A program made the position numbers and the translations under genes. The notes beneath the pieces were generated by a model. It saw nothing but the letters and a program-made list of their open reading frames with translations, was not told the DNA's origin and searched no databases. A stretch of 64,000 nt of DNA from a virus: the IMG/VR virus record IMGVR_UViG_3300016476_001169, positions 1 to 64,000 of that record; one strand, given 5' to 3'. Positions 29,801 to 38,358 of the stretch are shown one piece after another (position 1 is the stretch's first letter; each line of letters opens with the position of its first letter).

Positions 29801-30188
29801 AGTAATAGCCTTCTTCTGCACCGATAGAAGCCATCTTTAAAAGATTGCGATAGCCTGTCTCATTCTGTGCAAGAAGAGTTAAATGGTTATGCTTAGGGCG
29901 GCGCTTTTTGCCATCTATGACAACAGGATTCTTGTCAAAGCGGTCATGGTATGTATAAAATTCACAACCAAGAATAGGCTTAATCTTATTTTCAGGTGTA
30001 GAATTCTTGCGACAAGCAGATACAAATTCAATGGCCCCTGAAATTCTACCATGGTCGGTAATGGCACCAGCTCGGAAACCCATCTCGGCAAGCTTACCTG
30101 CGTATTGGGTAGGTGAAGGCAATGCGTCTTGCACAGAATAGTGCGTGTGAGCATGCAAATGAACAAAATCTTTATTAGAGTTACACAT
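26889..30188 (-). CDS. dnaE: DNA polymerase III alpha subunit (C-terminally shortened)
   Basis: PHP domain FVHLHAHTHYS and ITDHG; RGSGVGS, PDVDTD, HAAG, KYDVLGL, VYQEQ, YAFNRSHA. Confidence 0.96.
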   Translation of the reverse strand: MCNSNKDFVHLHAHTHYSVQDALPSPTQYAGKLAEMGFRAGAITDHGRISGAIEFVSACRKNSTPENKIKPILGCEFYTYHDRFDKNPVVIDGKKRRPKHNHLTLLAQNETGYRNLLKMASIGAEEGYYYEPTIDHDVLSRHSEGVIAMSGCMGSEVSQLLLKGQKDKALQVAEWFKEQYPNRYYIEMHYHGIEEQKSVLIPGLYDIAKKLDLPMVCANDVHYLEQEDWKVHKLHISMRDQDKDNAVSGKFQAYSTKNFHLKTYEEMKKIFGSKIPEALTNTVELSESVEDFLKLGVPHLLPKVVIPETDERFNRFRSKYYPYHKPNEAYLAYLAFDGLTRLGHASKKNYVERLRYEIDTICYMGVVDYFLIEREMANFMKTEQILYGIRGSGVGSLVNYCLQVCSVDPLRWNLMFERFLNPGRGEQYKVDISDFPVDAWKQSGSSTDFHVAANDLRKKMEKIAEENPEHAPKIHKELWVLENQGLSNYILDVASKGVKTKDNECQLWSAWALGITDSKPEGDLVVAKIAELPDVDTDVDKQKRERVIDWMRNRFGNDKCSQIGTWGTYQAKAAVMGSLKVSPAFQAKHGDQTHYRAQDISKSIPSRPGITIDEALEESPEFAAYAAKWPEEISIAKKMIGVIQNFGVHAAGVLLASEPIAEHAPLENSKGVLASGYDMGNVVHVGLTKYDVLGLATLTMIALCFDMIEKRHGADKIPDFSKLLEGNEDPKVLRLFTEGKTDSVFQFASAGMKKSLKEVKADCIEDLIAINALFRPGPLQFIPNYAEGKRNPSAVRYSHPLIKEVLGVTYGIPVYQEQAMELGRKMAGFNHNEIDKLRKAVSKKMPAEFLDICNKFKKGALKNNIPEKAIDEVLERLQGFAGYAFNRSHACAYSLLAYSTAYLRVYYPSEWLAACMQCDRDDEDKMAVYRRECASEGIRVVTPNVNESGLSVTVNKRGDILLPLNSVKGVGDSSRAIMENQPYEDLLDLATRSRPNRGMVESLASAHALDCFPEVRSKSLDQIMELWDEIVEKRNQLEKDAKKAAKQKYTVISPLEQMMKNDLDDTSGLSSFGSNIPKKTRDVKKFRMKAMDLFPDDLL

Positions 30189-30300
30189 AGTTTAATCCCC
30201 CGCGCGTAAAAGCGTAATACAAGGTTGTAGTATAATAGAAACTATCTACAGTGTATAATCGTGTTAATCTAATGATTTTATAATAAGGAGGTGAAAATAA

Positions 30301-30444
30301 ATGGAAGCATATTGCGTTAAGTGTAAGGCCAAGAAGACTATGAACAATCCTGAGGCTGTGACTATGAAGAATGGTAAGCCAGCTACACAAGGTGTATGTT
30401 CAGAGTGTGGAACTAAGATGTTCAAGATTGGCGCAGCTAAGTAA
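30301..30444 (+). CDS. DUF5679-family small basic zinc-ribbon protein (47 aa)
   Basis: Not in the ORF track. MEAYCVKCKAKKTMNNPEAVTMKNGKPATQGVCSECGTKMFKIGAAK; TAAGGAGGTG SD; TATAAT boxes at 30231 and 30254. Confidence 0.88.
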   Translation: MEAYCVKCKAKKTMNNPEAVTMKNGKPATQGVCSECGTKMFKIGAAK

Positions 30445-30462
30445 AATAAGAAACAGGAGTGA

Positions 30463-31464
30463 TTAACACTCCTGTTGATTTTTGTATTCTCTCTTTGCGA
30501 TTTTCCAAGATCTCGCTTTCGCTCTGGAGCTTATGGTTTCTTCCAAAGTCTCTTTTGTATCTTGGTCCAAATTACACAATTTCCACACATGATAATTGCT
30601 GTAATCTTTTTTGATTTTAGAATAATAAGTTTCCTTATTAGAACTAATCTTATTTTTTTGATAGTAGAATTTCTTCGGTGTGAAGGTTTCTTTATTTTCA
30701 CTATCAATAATCCTAAAAGCACGAGGCCTCTTACTAATTTTACCTCTAGAATAATCTTCTGCTGAGTAACTATTGCCTATCTGCTTTGCAACTGTAAATT
30801 TATTACCTTGCTTGATAATCTTCCAAGCAAGACTATTTCCTTCTAGTCCGCGCCTCTTTTTAAGATAGTTATAAGCATCATGCAAGTTATCAAATTGTTC
30901 GTCGGCAAAACAATAGTTAGGTTTTACAGTAACATTTGAAGACGCGATTCTACGGTTTACTGTAGACTTGGAAACTCCTAGATTTTCTTGAATAGAGCTT
31001 TTTGCGATTGGCTTGTTTTGGCCGTATCTTGCTATGACAAAGCTTGAAAGATAAGCTTTTACTTCATTGCTTGAATCAAGACTGGTGAGTTCTTCCATTC
31101 TAATAATAAAAGGGGCCGTTTTTGCAATTTCAAAAGAGAAGTGATTAACAACCTTGTCCATACTTAAAAGATAGACATACTTATTACCTTTGGGGCCCAC
31201 TGCATCTTTCCAAAAACAACCCACACCTTTCTTAAAAACTGTGTAAGAATAATTGCCTTTAGTTTTTAGTATACCAGCTATAAAATCAAGAACAGTCTCT
31301 AATTTAAATTTACCACAACCATTTCGCTTTGAATCAATAGCTTTCAGGGCGAACCAAACAGCGCAAACATCTAATTTCTTCGCCTTGCTAGTTGAAGAAA
31401 TCAATTCTGGATAAATCTCAATTCTAATTTTCCCAATTGGTGTTTTATTGCTATTCTCGTTCAA
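30463..31464 (-). CDS. basic HTH DNA-binding protein (possible replication initiator)
   Basis: KSSIQENLGVSKSTVNRRI HTH; Lys-rich. Confidence 0.55.
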   Translation of the reverse strand: MNENSNKTPIGKIRIEIYPELISSTSKAKKLDVCAVWFALKAIDSKRNGCGKFKLETVLDFIAGILKTKGNYSYTVFKKGVGCFWKDAVGPKGNKYVYLLSMDKVVNHFSFEIAKTAPFIIRMEELTSLDSSNEVKAYLSSFVIARYGQNKPIAKSSIQENLGVSKSTVNRRIASSNVTVKPNYCFADEQFDNLHDAYNYLKKRRGLEGNSLAWKIIKQGNKFTVAKQIGNSYSAEDYSRGKISKRPRAFRIIDSENKETFTPKKFYYQKNKISSNKETYYSKIKKDYSNYHVWKLCNLDQDTKETLEETISSRAKARSWKIAKREYKNQQEC

Positions 31465-31744
31465 TGTCCGTTGCGCTTTCTGCTAATTTTTGAATTTGGC
31501 TTTCAATGCCGCTATGTAAAATAAATTTATCTGCCTCATCTGGTGGTAAACCAAGACTTGTTAGAATAGTCTTAATAAAATGAAATCTTGCTGCGAATGC
31601 CTTGGTTAGAGTTACATTAAACTCAATTTCCTCTGGATGGTTTTTAAGTGCTTCCTCTGCCATTGCAATTGCCTGGGCCAAAGGCACTTCGGGATTCCAT
31701 TCCATTTCTTCTACAGGCACTAAAACTTTATTTGGATCATTCAT
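31451..31744 (-). CDS. hypothetical protein
   Basis: 97 aa, overlapping its neighbours in the operon. Confidence 0.65.
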   Translation of the reverse strand: MNDPNKVLVPVEEMEWNPEVPLAQAIAMAEEALKNHPEEIEFNVTLTKAFAARFHFIKTILTSLGLPPDEADKFILHSGIESQIQKLAESATDIERE

Positions 31745-32432
31745 TTATTTTATCTCTATAAGCGTAAAGGCGCTCTTTCATTTCATTACTTAAGTTTTTC
31801 CAAAGCTTATTCAAAGATTTATAATCTTCTTTCATTACAGCATTGTCTGCCCTTTGATAAACTGTATCAACCCAACCTAACTCAACTTCGTCATACTCAA
31901 CTTTAGATTCAAAATTTTTCAATCTATCAGAAACACTTCTTAAAAACTGTACTGGCGAAATACCGCCTGGCAAATTGTATTCAACTGTATAGTTGAGAAA
32001 CTCATCTGCTGTCCAGTTAATGTCTCTTAAAGTCTTGTAAACTTGTCCACCCTCTTCTGCGATATTTAAGCCTGTGATAAGCATTACTCTTTCAACAGCC
32101 TGCTTAAAGCTTAGGCCTTCCATCTTTCTTACAAAAGTCAGAAGATCTCCAGAGGCTCCGCAGCCAAAACAATGGAAGGCCCCTGTATCTCTATTCACGC
32201 CAAAACTTGGGCTGCTATCTTCATGTCCTGGCAATGGGCAGTTAGTATTGTACCAACCATTGGAAGTCTCTTGGAAAAATAAATCATATTCACCTTCAAG
32301 TATTTCAACAATGTCAATTTGCTCCAACATCTCTCTAATTAATTTGATGTTAGAATCAGAAGCAACAAAAGTTTTTGTTTCACCTAAAAGATTATCTTTC
32401 TCTTCATGAAGATTAACTCTAGCCATTACCAA
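31737..32432 (-). CDS. CHC2 zinc-finger protein (stand-alone primase zinc-binding domain)
   Basis: CPLPGHEDSSPSF...FHCFGCGASGDLLTFV..MEGLSFKQAV. Confidence 0.9.
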   Translation of the reverse strand: MVMARVNLHEEKDNLLGETKTFVASDSNIKLIREMLEQIDIVEILEGEYDLFFQETSNGWYNTNCPLPGHEDSSPSFGVNRDTGAFHCFGCGASGDLLTFVRKMEGLSFKQAVERVMLITGLNIAEEGGQVYKTLRDINWTADEFLNYTVEYNLPGGISPVQFLRSVSDRLKNFESKVEYDEVELGWVDTVYQRADNAVMKEDYKSLNKLWKNLSNEMKERLYAYRDKINE

Positions 32433-33976
32433 TCACTTCCTAAATCAAGGTCGTTAATAGTCAGATCATCAACATTGAAACTAAAATCTTCATCATTGAT
32501 AGAAACATTTACATTGCCACTGCTGTCTTCAACAGTTGATGTTCTATTTACACTATCAGAATCATTTGATTTTTGCTTCTCTGCTGGGCTCAGGCCTTTC
32601 ATTCTTCTCATGTCATCTTGTTCTTCTGGACTCAATTCTTGAATAGCATTGAATTGAGGCTCTACCCGAACACAGTATGGTGGAACCCAAGCGTCACGAC
32701 CTTTAGCCATGTGAACTACAGCAATGTTTGTTTCCTTATCAGGCTCCAGAACAAATACATAGTGTGCCTGGTGCATGATGTGCTGGCCACCTGATGCTGC
32801 CGACTGGTCATAGGTATGAGACTTTCCAGAATCCTTTGACTTGCGAGAGTCTTTAATAGTATCTCTATTAAGCTGCTGAGCTGTCAACACGGGCAGATTA
32901 TGCCTACGGGCAATCCTTACCAAGCCATCAAAGGCTAGTTCGTGTAATTCCCAAGATTTTGCAGTCTTAGGAGCATTCCTGGTTCTCATTTCACCAATAT
33001 AGTCAGCAATAACAATGTCGGGCTTGCCCTTGGTGAGAGTAAGCTCTCTAATTCTCATGTCAACGTATTCTGGTGTTGGATCAGAGTCGGTAAAGTCATA
33101 CTCAAAATAGGGGCCACCCTGCATTCCTAGAAGCTTTGATGCAAGGCTTTGAACTTCAGAATCAGCAAGCCCAGTCCTCTTTAATTCTTGAAAAGGAACA
33201 GAGAAAGCCAAGCTCATGTGTCGCAGAAGACAATCCCAAAGTGAAAGTTCGAATGAAAAGTAAAGTACATTCTTACCCTGCTTATGAGCATTGTATGCCC
33301 AGTTTAATAACTGTAGAGACTTACCACCGCCCGATGGTCCAAGAACAACTGTTACTTGTGATCCACGAAATCCAGAAGTTCGTCTGTCCATTTCATCATA
33401 GCCAGAAAGAATTCCCGGCGGCTTATGTCTTTGCTTCTCATATTCTCGCATGAAGAAATCGTGAGATTCAGTAACATCAAGTGTTTTCTTTTCTCCCGGT
33501 TCAACAGAAAGTTCCATTTCAATGTCTTTGACACAATCGAGAACATGATTTACACCTTCTTGCAAGCCCTTCTCCACCATTAAAGCATGACCTGTGGTGT
33601 GCATGTCTTGCCAGATTGAAACTGCTCTGCGCTGCTTTAATTGCATCAATAAATCATGCAATTCATTTGGATTGTAATCTAAGTCTTGAATCTCAGCCCA
33701 CAGAGTCAGAAACTTTCCTTTATGGGCATCAGAAATACCCTTGGAAATCATTCTGTTCTCGAGAACAAGCTCAGTCAATAAAGAACCGTCAGATTCATCA
33801 AAATAATTGAAAACAGTCTTTGCGAGATTGAATGTATAGCTTACTTTAGAACCCTCTTCACTGTGTGAAAAGTGCTCTGGAACAATGTTCAAAGCCTTGG
33901 CTCGAATCAAAGCTTGTTGATCCGTTGTTAGGTGCTTCAGTACCTGTAATTCTAGTTCTTCTCTACTTAGTTTCAT
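32426..33976 (-). CDS. dnaB: replicative DNA helicase
   Basis: SGYDEMD, GPSGGGKS, YFSFEL, IADYIG, TAQQLNR, KGRD. Confidence 0.9.
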   Translation of the reverse strand: MKLSREELELQVLKHLTTDQQALIRAKALNIVPEHFSHSEEGSKVSYTFNLAKTVFNYFDESDGSLLTELVLENRMISKGISDAHKGKFLTLWAEIQDLDYNPNELHDLLMQLKQRRAVSIWQDMHTTGHALMVEKGLQEGVNHVLDCVKDIEMELSVEPGEKKTLDVTESHDFFMREYEKQRHKPPGILSGYDEMDRRTSGFRGSQVTVVLGPSGGGKSLQLLNWAYNAHKQGKNVLYFSFELSLWDCLLRHMSLAFSVPFQELKRTGLADSEVQSLASKLLGMQGGPYFEYDFTDSDPTPEYVDMRIRELTLTKGKPDIVIADYIGEMRTRNAPKTAKSWELHELAFDGLVRIARRHNLPVLTAQQLNRDTIKDSRKSKDSGKSHTYDQSAASGGQHIMHQAHYVFVLEPDKETNIAVVHMAKGRDAWVPPYCVRVEPQFNAIQELSPEEQDDMRRMKGLSPAEKQKSNDSDSVNRTSTVEDSSGNVNVSINDEDFSFNVDDLTINDLDLGSDW

Positions 33977-33988
33977 TCTCTATTTCTC

Positions 33989-34801
33989 TCATGACGCGTA
34001 AGGTTGTGGTGGCAAAGGAGTTGGCAAGCTAATTCTAAAACAGGAGGCTACAAGACTTGACCAGCCTGGGCCAGCATCTATTCTATCATAGCCATCATAA
34101 GCACTAATAATGATAGGCTTACCTGATTTTGTCCTTGCTCTCGCAATGCGATCCAATTGAATTGCTAAATTGGGATTTCTCATTTCATAATGAGTAACTC
34201 CATCAATTATTATGATGTCTTTTTGAGCAAAATCGTCTGCTAAATCTGACTGCTTTTCTCTATTTTCAAAACCAGATAAGTCTGCATAGAGATCAGCATA
34301 ATCATAATAAGAAACTGATAACTTCTTTTTGATCGCTTCTTGAGCCAAAACCGAACAAATTAAACTCTTGCCACTCCACTGACCACCAACCAACAATAAG
34401 CTTGTGAGATTAATAGTGGTTCCTTTGGTAGGTACAATTTTAATGGGGCGGCCAGCACAAACTGCTGGAAGCGCATTGATGTATTTGTCTAATACCGCCT
34501 TGATTTTAACCTTTTTAGCTAAGGCGTTTTGAGTTAGATTGTGGCCCCAAGGATCCTGTCTGAGATTCCAATTCTCAGACAGAGTTCGACCAAAATGCTT
34601 TTGGGGAATACCAGCTGCCATGAATTTTTCACGCCACATCTGATCCTTAAGACAATGACATAAGACAGCTTTATTGTCATCATTCAACCAAGATCCATGC
34701 CCGTTACAAGAAGGACATGCACCATTTGTGGAGATTTTGCTCTCCGATTGTAGAGATTTTATAAAATCAATTTCATTTTCAGTTAAATCAAAACTACTCA
34801 C
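33989..34801 (-). CDS. DnaC/DnaI-like helicase loader
   Basis: N-terminal CPSC..CHC Zn site, AGIP, GGQWSGKS, IIIIDGV; upstream of dnaB. Confidence 0.75.
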   Translation of the reverse strand: MSSFDLTENEIDFIKSLQSESKISTNGACPSCNGHGSWLNDDNKAVLCHCLKDQMWREKFMAAGIPQKHFGRTLSENWNLRQDPWGHNLTQNALAKKVKIKAVLDKYINALPAVCAGRPIKIVPTKGTTINLTSLLLVGGQWSGKSLICSVLAQEAIKKKLSVSYYDYADLYADLSGFENREKQSDLADDFAQKDIIIIDGVTHYEMRNPNLAIQLDRIARARTKSGKPIIISAYDGYDRIDAGPGWSSLVASCFRISLPTPLPPQPYAS

Positions 34802-36468
34802 AAATCTTCATCCTCTTCAATCTCCATAGGCTCCATTAGAGATTTTTTCATCTCTATGATTTCTTGGTCGATTACTTTCTTTTTCTTGGTTTTGGAGGCG
34901 TTTCTAGCGCGCTTATAAGCCCAAGCCCTAAGAGCATCAATCTGCTCCTTCATAGTGACAGCCAAAGGTACTGTGTCTTCGATCGAGCTTAATATATCTT
35001 CGGTCGTAAATTCCCTTTTGTTGTCATCGAAAGCTTCATACATTGCAGAAATTATTGCGGCCTCAATTTCGGCCCCTGTAAATGTTGCTGTATTATCAAC
35101 CAACTTATCTATGTTAAAATTGTTAGGATCTCGTTTTCGTTTAGTTAAATGAATTTTAAAAATTTCAAATCTTTCTTCATCTGATGGCAGATCAACAAAA
35201 AAGATTTCATCAAATCTACCCTTTCTTAAAATCTCAGGTGGCAATTGTGAAACATCGTTTGCTGTAGCAATTACCAAAACCGGAGATTCTTTTTCTTGCA
35301 TCCAAGTTAAAAATGACCCCAAAACTCTGGCTGCAGTACCACCATCAGTCTGGTTAGAAGAAGCTGAGCCAGACATGCCTTTATCCAATTCATCCATCCA
35401 AAGCAATGATGGAGAAACAGATTCTGCAATTTTAATTGCAGTTCTAATGTTTTCTTCAGAAGAACCAACTACACCACTAAAAATTTTGCCCATGTCTAAT
35501 CTAATCAAGGGTAATTGCCAGAAAGATGCAACACAGCGGGCCATTAAAGATTTACCAGCTCCCTGAACACCAACAAATAAAATACCTTTAGGGTTACCAG
35601 GCAGACCATAGTCTTTTGCCTCAGTTGTAAAAGCATCTTTGCGTTGTTGCAACCAAGATTTAACACCTTTCAAGCCTCCAACTTGGCTAAAATCTTGTTC
35701 GACATCAATCCAATCTAAGAGGCCAGTTTTTCTAATAATGTCTCTTTTTACACTTGCAATTTTAATTGGATCAAGCTTATTGCTATCACTTATCATCATG
35801 TAAGTGCAGAGCAATTCAATCTCTTGAAGAGTTAGTCCCTGAAATGCTCTTACAATTTCTTGAACTTCAGTGTCAGAATAGATAGTTTTAAAACCTTTAT
35901 TCTTGAGCTCTTGATTTTTATCAGCATATTCCAAAACCTTTTTGACCTTTTCTTCAATGTGTTCATATTCTGGAAGGGGCCAGTCAATAACAGCACAAGA
36001 TTTAGAAAGATCCTCTGGTAATGTAAGTGCAGTATTTAAAAGAATGACAGCCTTTCGTTGGGATGTGAACTCTTGAGTCATGTTCCTGAACATTCTCACA
36101 GCTCGTTTATCATCGAGTGTAGTTTCATCTTGTATGATTTTGAGAAAGTCTTTTAATACTAACAAATAATAGCCATTAGTATTGTCTTTTAATTCTTTAA
36201 ACCAATCTAAGACCTGAATGTGATTAACAAATTTAGCCTTAGGAATTAAATGTTCAAAATCAGGTGTAGTTTGTAAACCTGTGGCAAGATCCCATTGAAA
36301 TACACCCCACTTTTCTTCTCCTCTATTGGCAATAAACTTGATAGCCTCTAAGACTCTCTTTTCTTCGTGGGTGCAAATTGCTATTAGAGGTCTATTGGAA
36401 CGGATTTGCCAATCTAATTCCCTCATTGATTTTTTGTGCTGGCTAATTTCAGGTGTATTCATTGTCAC
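34798..36468 (-). CDS. Ycf46-like AAA+ ATPase
   Basis: Degenerate N-terminal AAA domain; VGGL..VK.WL, GVQGAGKS, WMDELDK, LPPEILRKGRFDE, LRAWA..RARNAS. Confidence 0.9.
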   Translation of the reverse strand: MTMNTPEISQHKKSMRELDWQIRSNRPLIAICTHEEKRVLEAIKFIANRGEEKWGVFQWDLATGLQTTPDFEHLIPKAKFVNHIQVLDWFKELKDNTNGYYLLVLKDFLKIIQDETTLDDKRAVRMFRNMTQEFTSQRKAVILLNTALTLPEDLSKSCAVIDWPLPEYEHIEEKVKKVLEYADKNQELKNKGFKTIYSDTEVQEIVRAFQGLTLQEIELLCTYMMISDSNKLDPIKIASVKRDIIRKTGLLDWIDVEQDFSQVGGLKGVKSWLQQRKDAFTTEAKDYGLPGNPKGILFVGVQGAGKSLMARCVASFWQLPLIRLDMGKIFSGVVGSSEENIRTAIKIAESVSPSLLWMDELDKGMSGSASSNQTDGGTAARVLGSFLTWMQEKESPVLVIATANDVSQLPPEILRKGRFDEIFFVDLPSDEERFEIFKIHLTKRKRDPNNFNIDKLVDNTATFTGAEIEAAIISAMYEAFDDNKREFTTEDILSSIEDTVPLAVTMKEQIDALRAWAYKRARNASKTKKKKVIDQEIIEMKKSLMEPMEIEEDEDL

Positions 36469-36491
36469 TCCATAAATAGTTTTGGGTGGAA

Positions 36492-37379
36492 TTAATTTCC
36501 ACCCAAAAGAGTATAGTACTTTTCTAGAGGTTGACCCTTATAGTCCTCATTTCTCCACCATGTTTCAGTATGGAAAAACTTAGCATACTTATCAAATTTC
36601 TTGCGCCAATTCAAACAAGAAAATTCTGCTGGATAAGGCGAATTGATAATTGAAGAATTAAAGATTCTTTCCATGGTAGTTGGGTCTGATGTTGGTCCAA
36701 CAGATAATGATTCAAGTCTATTTTCTAGAATAGACAAAATCTTGTCTTCTTCAATGTTTTGTATTTTGCAAAGATAAGTGATAGTAATAGGAATCCCAAA
36801 TCTAGCAAATACCTCTGTTGCTTTACCAGCGGCCTGAGCTTCTTTGATTTCTTGAAGTAAGCTTGTGTCATTAGATGTGCGAATTACTTCACCTTGCTCA
36901 ACACCAGGCAAAACTTCATCTTGATAGAAATAATTCACGGAATTAAACACGCTATTCAAAGTAAGATAACCAAATTTACGAACTATTTGTTCTTGGTTAG
37001 CAATAGCCCAATCAAAAAACTTCTTAGTCCATAAGTTTCTTGGCAAACCGTTTCTCTCAAAGAAATCACCAATCTGTTTAATCACAGGTAAATCTGAAGT
37101 AAATGTAATCTTATAATTGCCACCTGTTGCAGACTGGTATGATCTTGCGAAGTAGGTAGCAAAGTGCTTACTAGTCCATTCTTCAATGTCCTTTGGTAGT
37201 TCTATAGGTGCTTTGCGAGTAAGCATATCATCTAATGAAATTTGCTTACTAGATTTGCGCTTTGCCTTGAAAGGATTTACAAGCTGACCCTCTTGAGGTA
37301 TAGCTTCATTCATCACTGATACAACTATTTTGTGTACGGCATCATTTCTCGATTTCATGATTTTTAAGCTCTCTACCAT
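36492..37379 (-). CDS. hypothetical protein (possible replication organiser)
   Basis: 295 aa; EEWTSKHFATYF..Y motif; in the replication operon. Confidence 0.6.
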   Translation of the reverse strand: MVESLKIMKSRNDAVHKIVVSVMNEAIPQEGQLVNPFKAKRKSSKQISLDDMLTRKAPIELPKDIEEWTSKHFATYFARSYQSATGGNYKITFTSDLPVIKQIGDFFERNGLPRNLWTKKFFDWAIANQEQIVRKFGYLTLNSVFNSVNYFYQDEVLPGVEQGEVIRTSNDTSLLQEIKEAQAAGKATEVFARFGIPITITYLCKIQNIEEDKILSILENRLESLSVGPTSDPTTMERIFNSSIINSPYPAEFSCLNWRKKFDKYAKFFHTETWWRNEDYKGQPLEKYYTLLGGN

Positions 37380-38080
37380 TCTTCCTCTGTGCTTTCTTTA
37401 TAAACAAATTTCTCAGCTTGGGCTATCCCGTTTTCTTTGGTAACCCTAATTATATTATCGGCTTCAGGACCAAACTTATCTAACATGTGAGTGACAAGAA
37501 TTACCTGTCTTTGTGTGGAATCTGTTACTTCTCTTAAGAAGTTTACGACTTCGGTAATCTTATGGTCTGTAGACATTGATTTCCAAGCCTCGTCCAGCAG
37601 GATTGGGCCATTGTAATTCATCCACTTTAAGGCAGCAATTCTCAATGAGAATGAAACTACTTCAATAAGACCACCACCACGCTCGCCAAGCAAGCCTGTT
37701 TCCATGTCTTGTCCATTGTGTGGGCTGACTATTTTAATCTCTATTTTAAAATAGTTGTCGCCATTGGCTCTTCGTTCTTCAAAGGTCTCAAACTTTAATG
37801 AATAATCTTCACCATAGATTTGGGACAGAGCTGTAGTTGCAATGTCTTGGATTGCTTGTAATTGTGACTGACGTCTTTCAACAATTTCACTCAACATAAA
37901 TAAAGAGGCCTGACTGTTTAGCCTTTGCTCTTCTTGTGCAGTAGCTAAATCATCAGACTCTTCTTTAATTTGCTTTTCCAGCTGTTCTTTAACGCCCTTA
38001 AGTTTAATAAGTTTGTTTTTATGTTCTGTGATTTCTTTAGTGAAAGAGCTCAGCTTATCAACTAGGCTGACTTTTTCCAT
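37373..38080 (-). CDS. sbcC: SbcC/Rad50-like ATPase, C-terminal half
   Basis: Coiled-coil, signature-like RGGG, Walker B ILLDEA and H-loop VTH; no Walker A. Confidence 0.8.
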   Translation of the reverse strand: MEKVSLVDKLSSFTKEITEHKNKLIKLKGVKEQLEKQIKEESDDLATAQEEQRLNSQASLFMLSEIVERRQSQLQAIQDIATTALSQIYGEDYSLKFETFEERRANGDNYFKIEIKIVSPHNGQDMETGLLGERGGGLIEVVSFSLRIAALKWMNYNGPILLDEAWKSMSTDHKITEVVNFLREVTDSTQRQVILVTHMLDKFGPEADNIIRVTKENGIAQAEKFVYKESTEEEW

Positions 38081-38356
38081 TTATTCTTCTTGCCCCTCGT
38101 TGATCTTATCTCGCTCTGCTTCTAGCTTTCGAAGAGCTTGTAAAACCTTAGTCTCATTGTCTTTGATGAAGTTTGGCAATTCTTTAATTGTCATTTCCAA
38201 CTCTGTTTTACAATCAGCCTCGTTTTCTTGGACAGACCTTTTCAAATCCTCTAAGCGATTCTCATACATTTGAACACGAGTTTCGGCGCTCGAGATGTCT
38301 TTCTCGAGTTGCTTAATGCGTTCAGCTACGGTTTTTTCTTTATTCTCTTCACTCAT
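38081..38356 (-). CDS. small coiled-coil protein
   Basis: 91 aa, heptad-rich, inside the sbc cluster. Confidence 0.7.
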   Translation of the reverse strand: MSEENKEKTVAERIKQLEKDISSAETRVQMYENRLEDLKRSVQENEADCKTELEMTIKELPNFIKDNETKVLQALRKLEAERDKINEGQEE

Positions 38357-38358
38357 AA

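Noticed and set aside
30181-30390. 69-aa minus-strand ORF from the track
   Set aside because: It is the antisense shadow of the much better supported DUF5679 gene.
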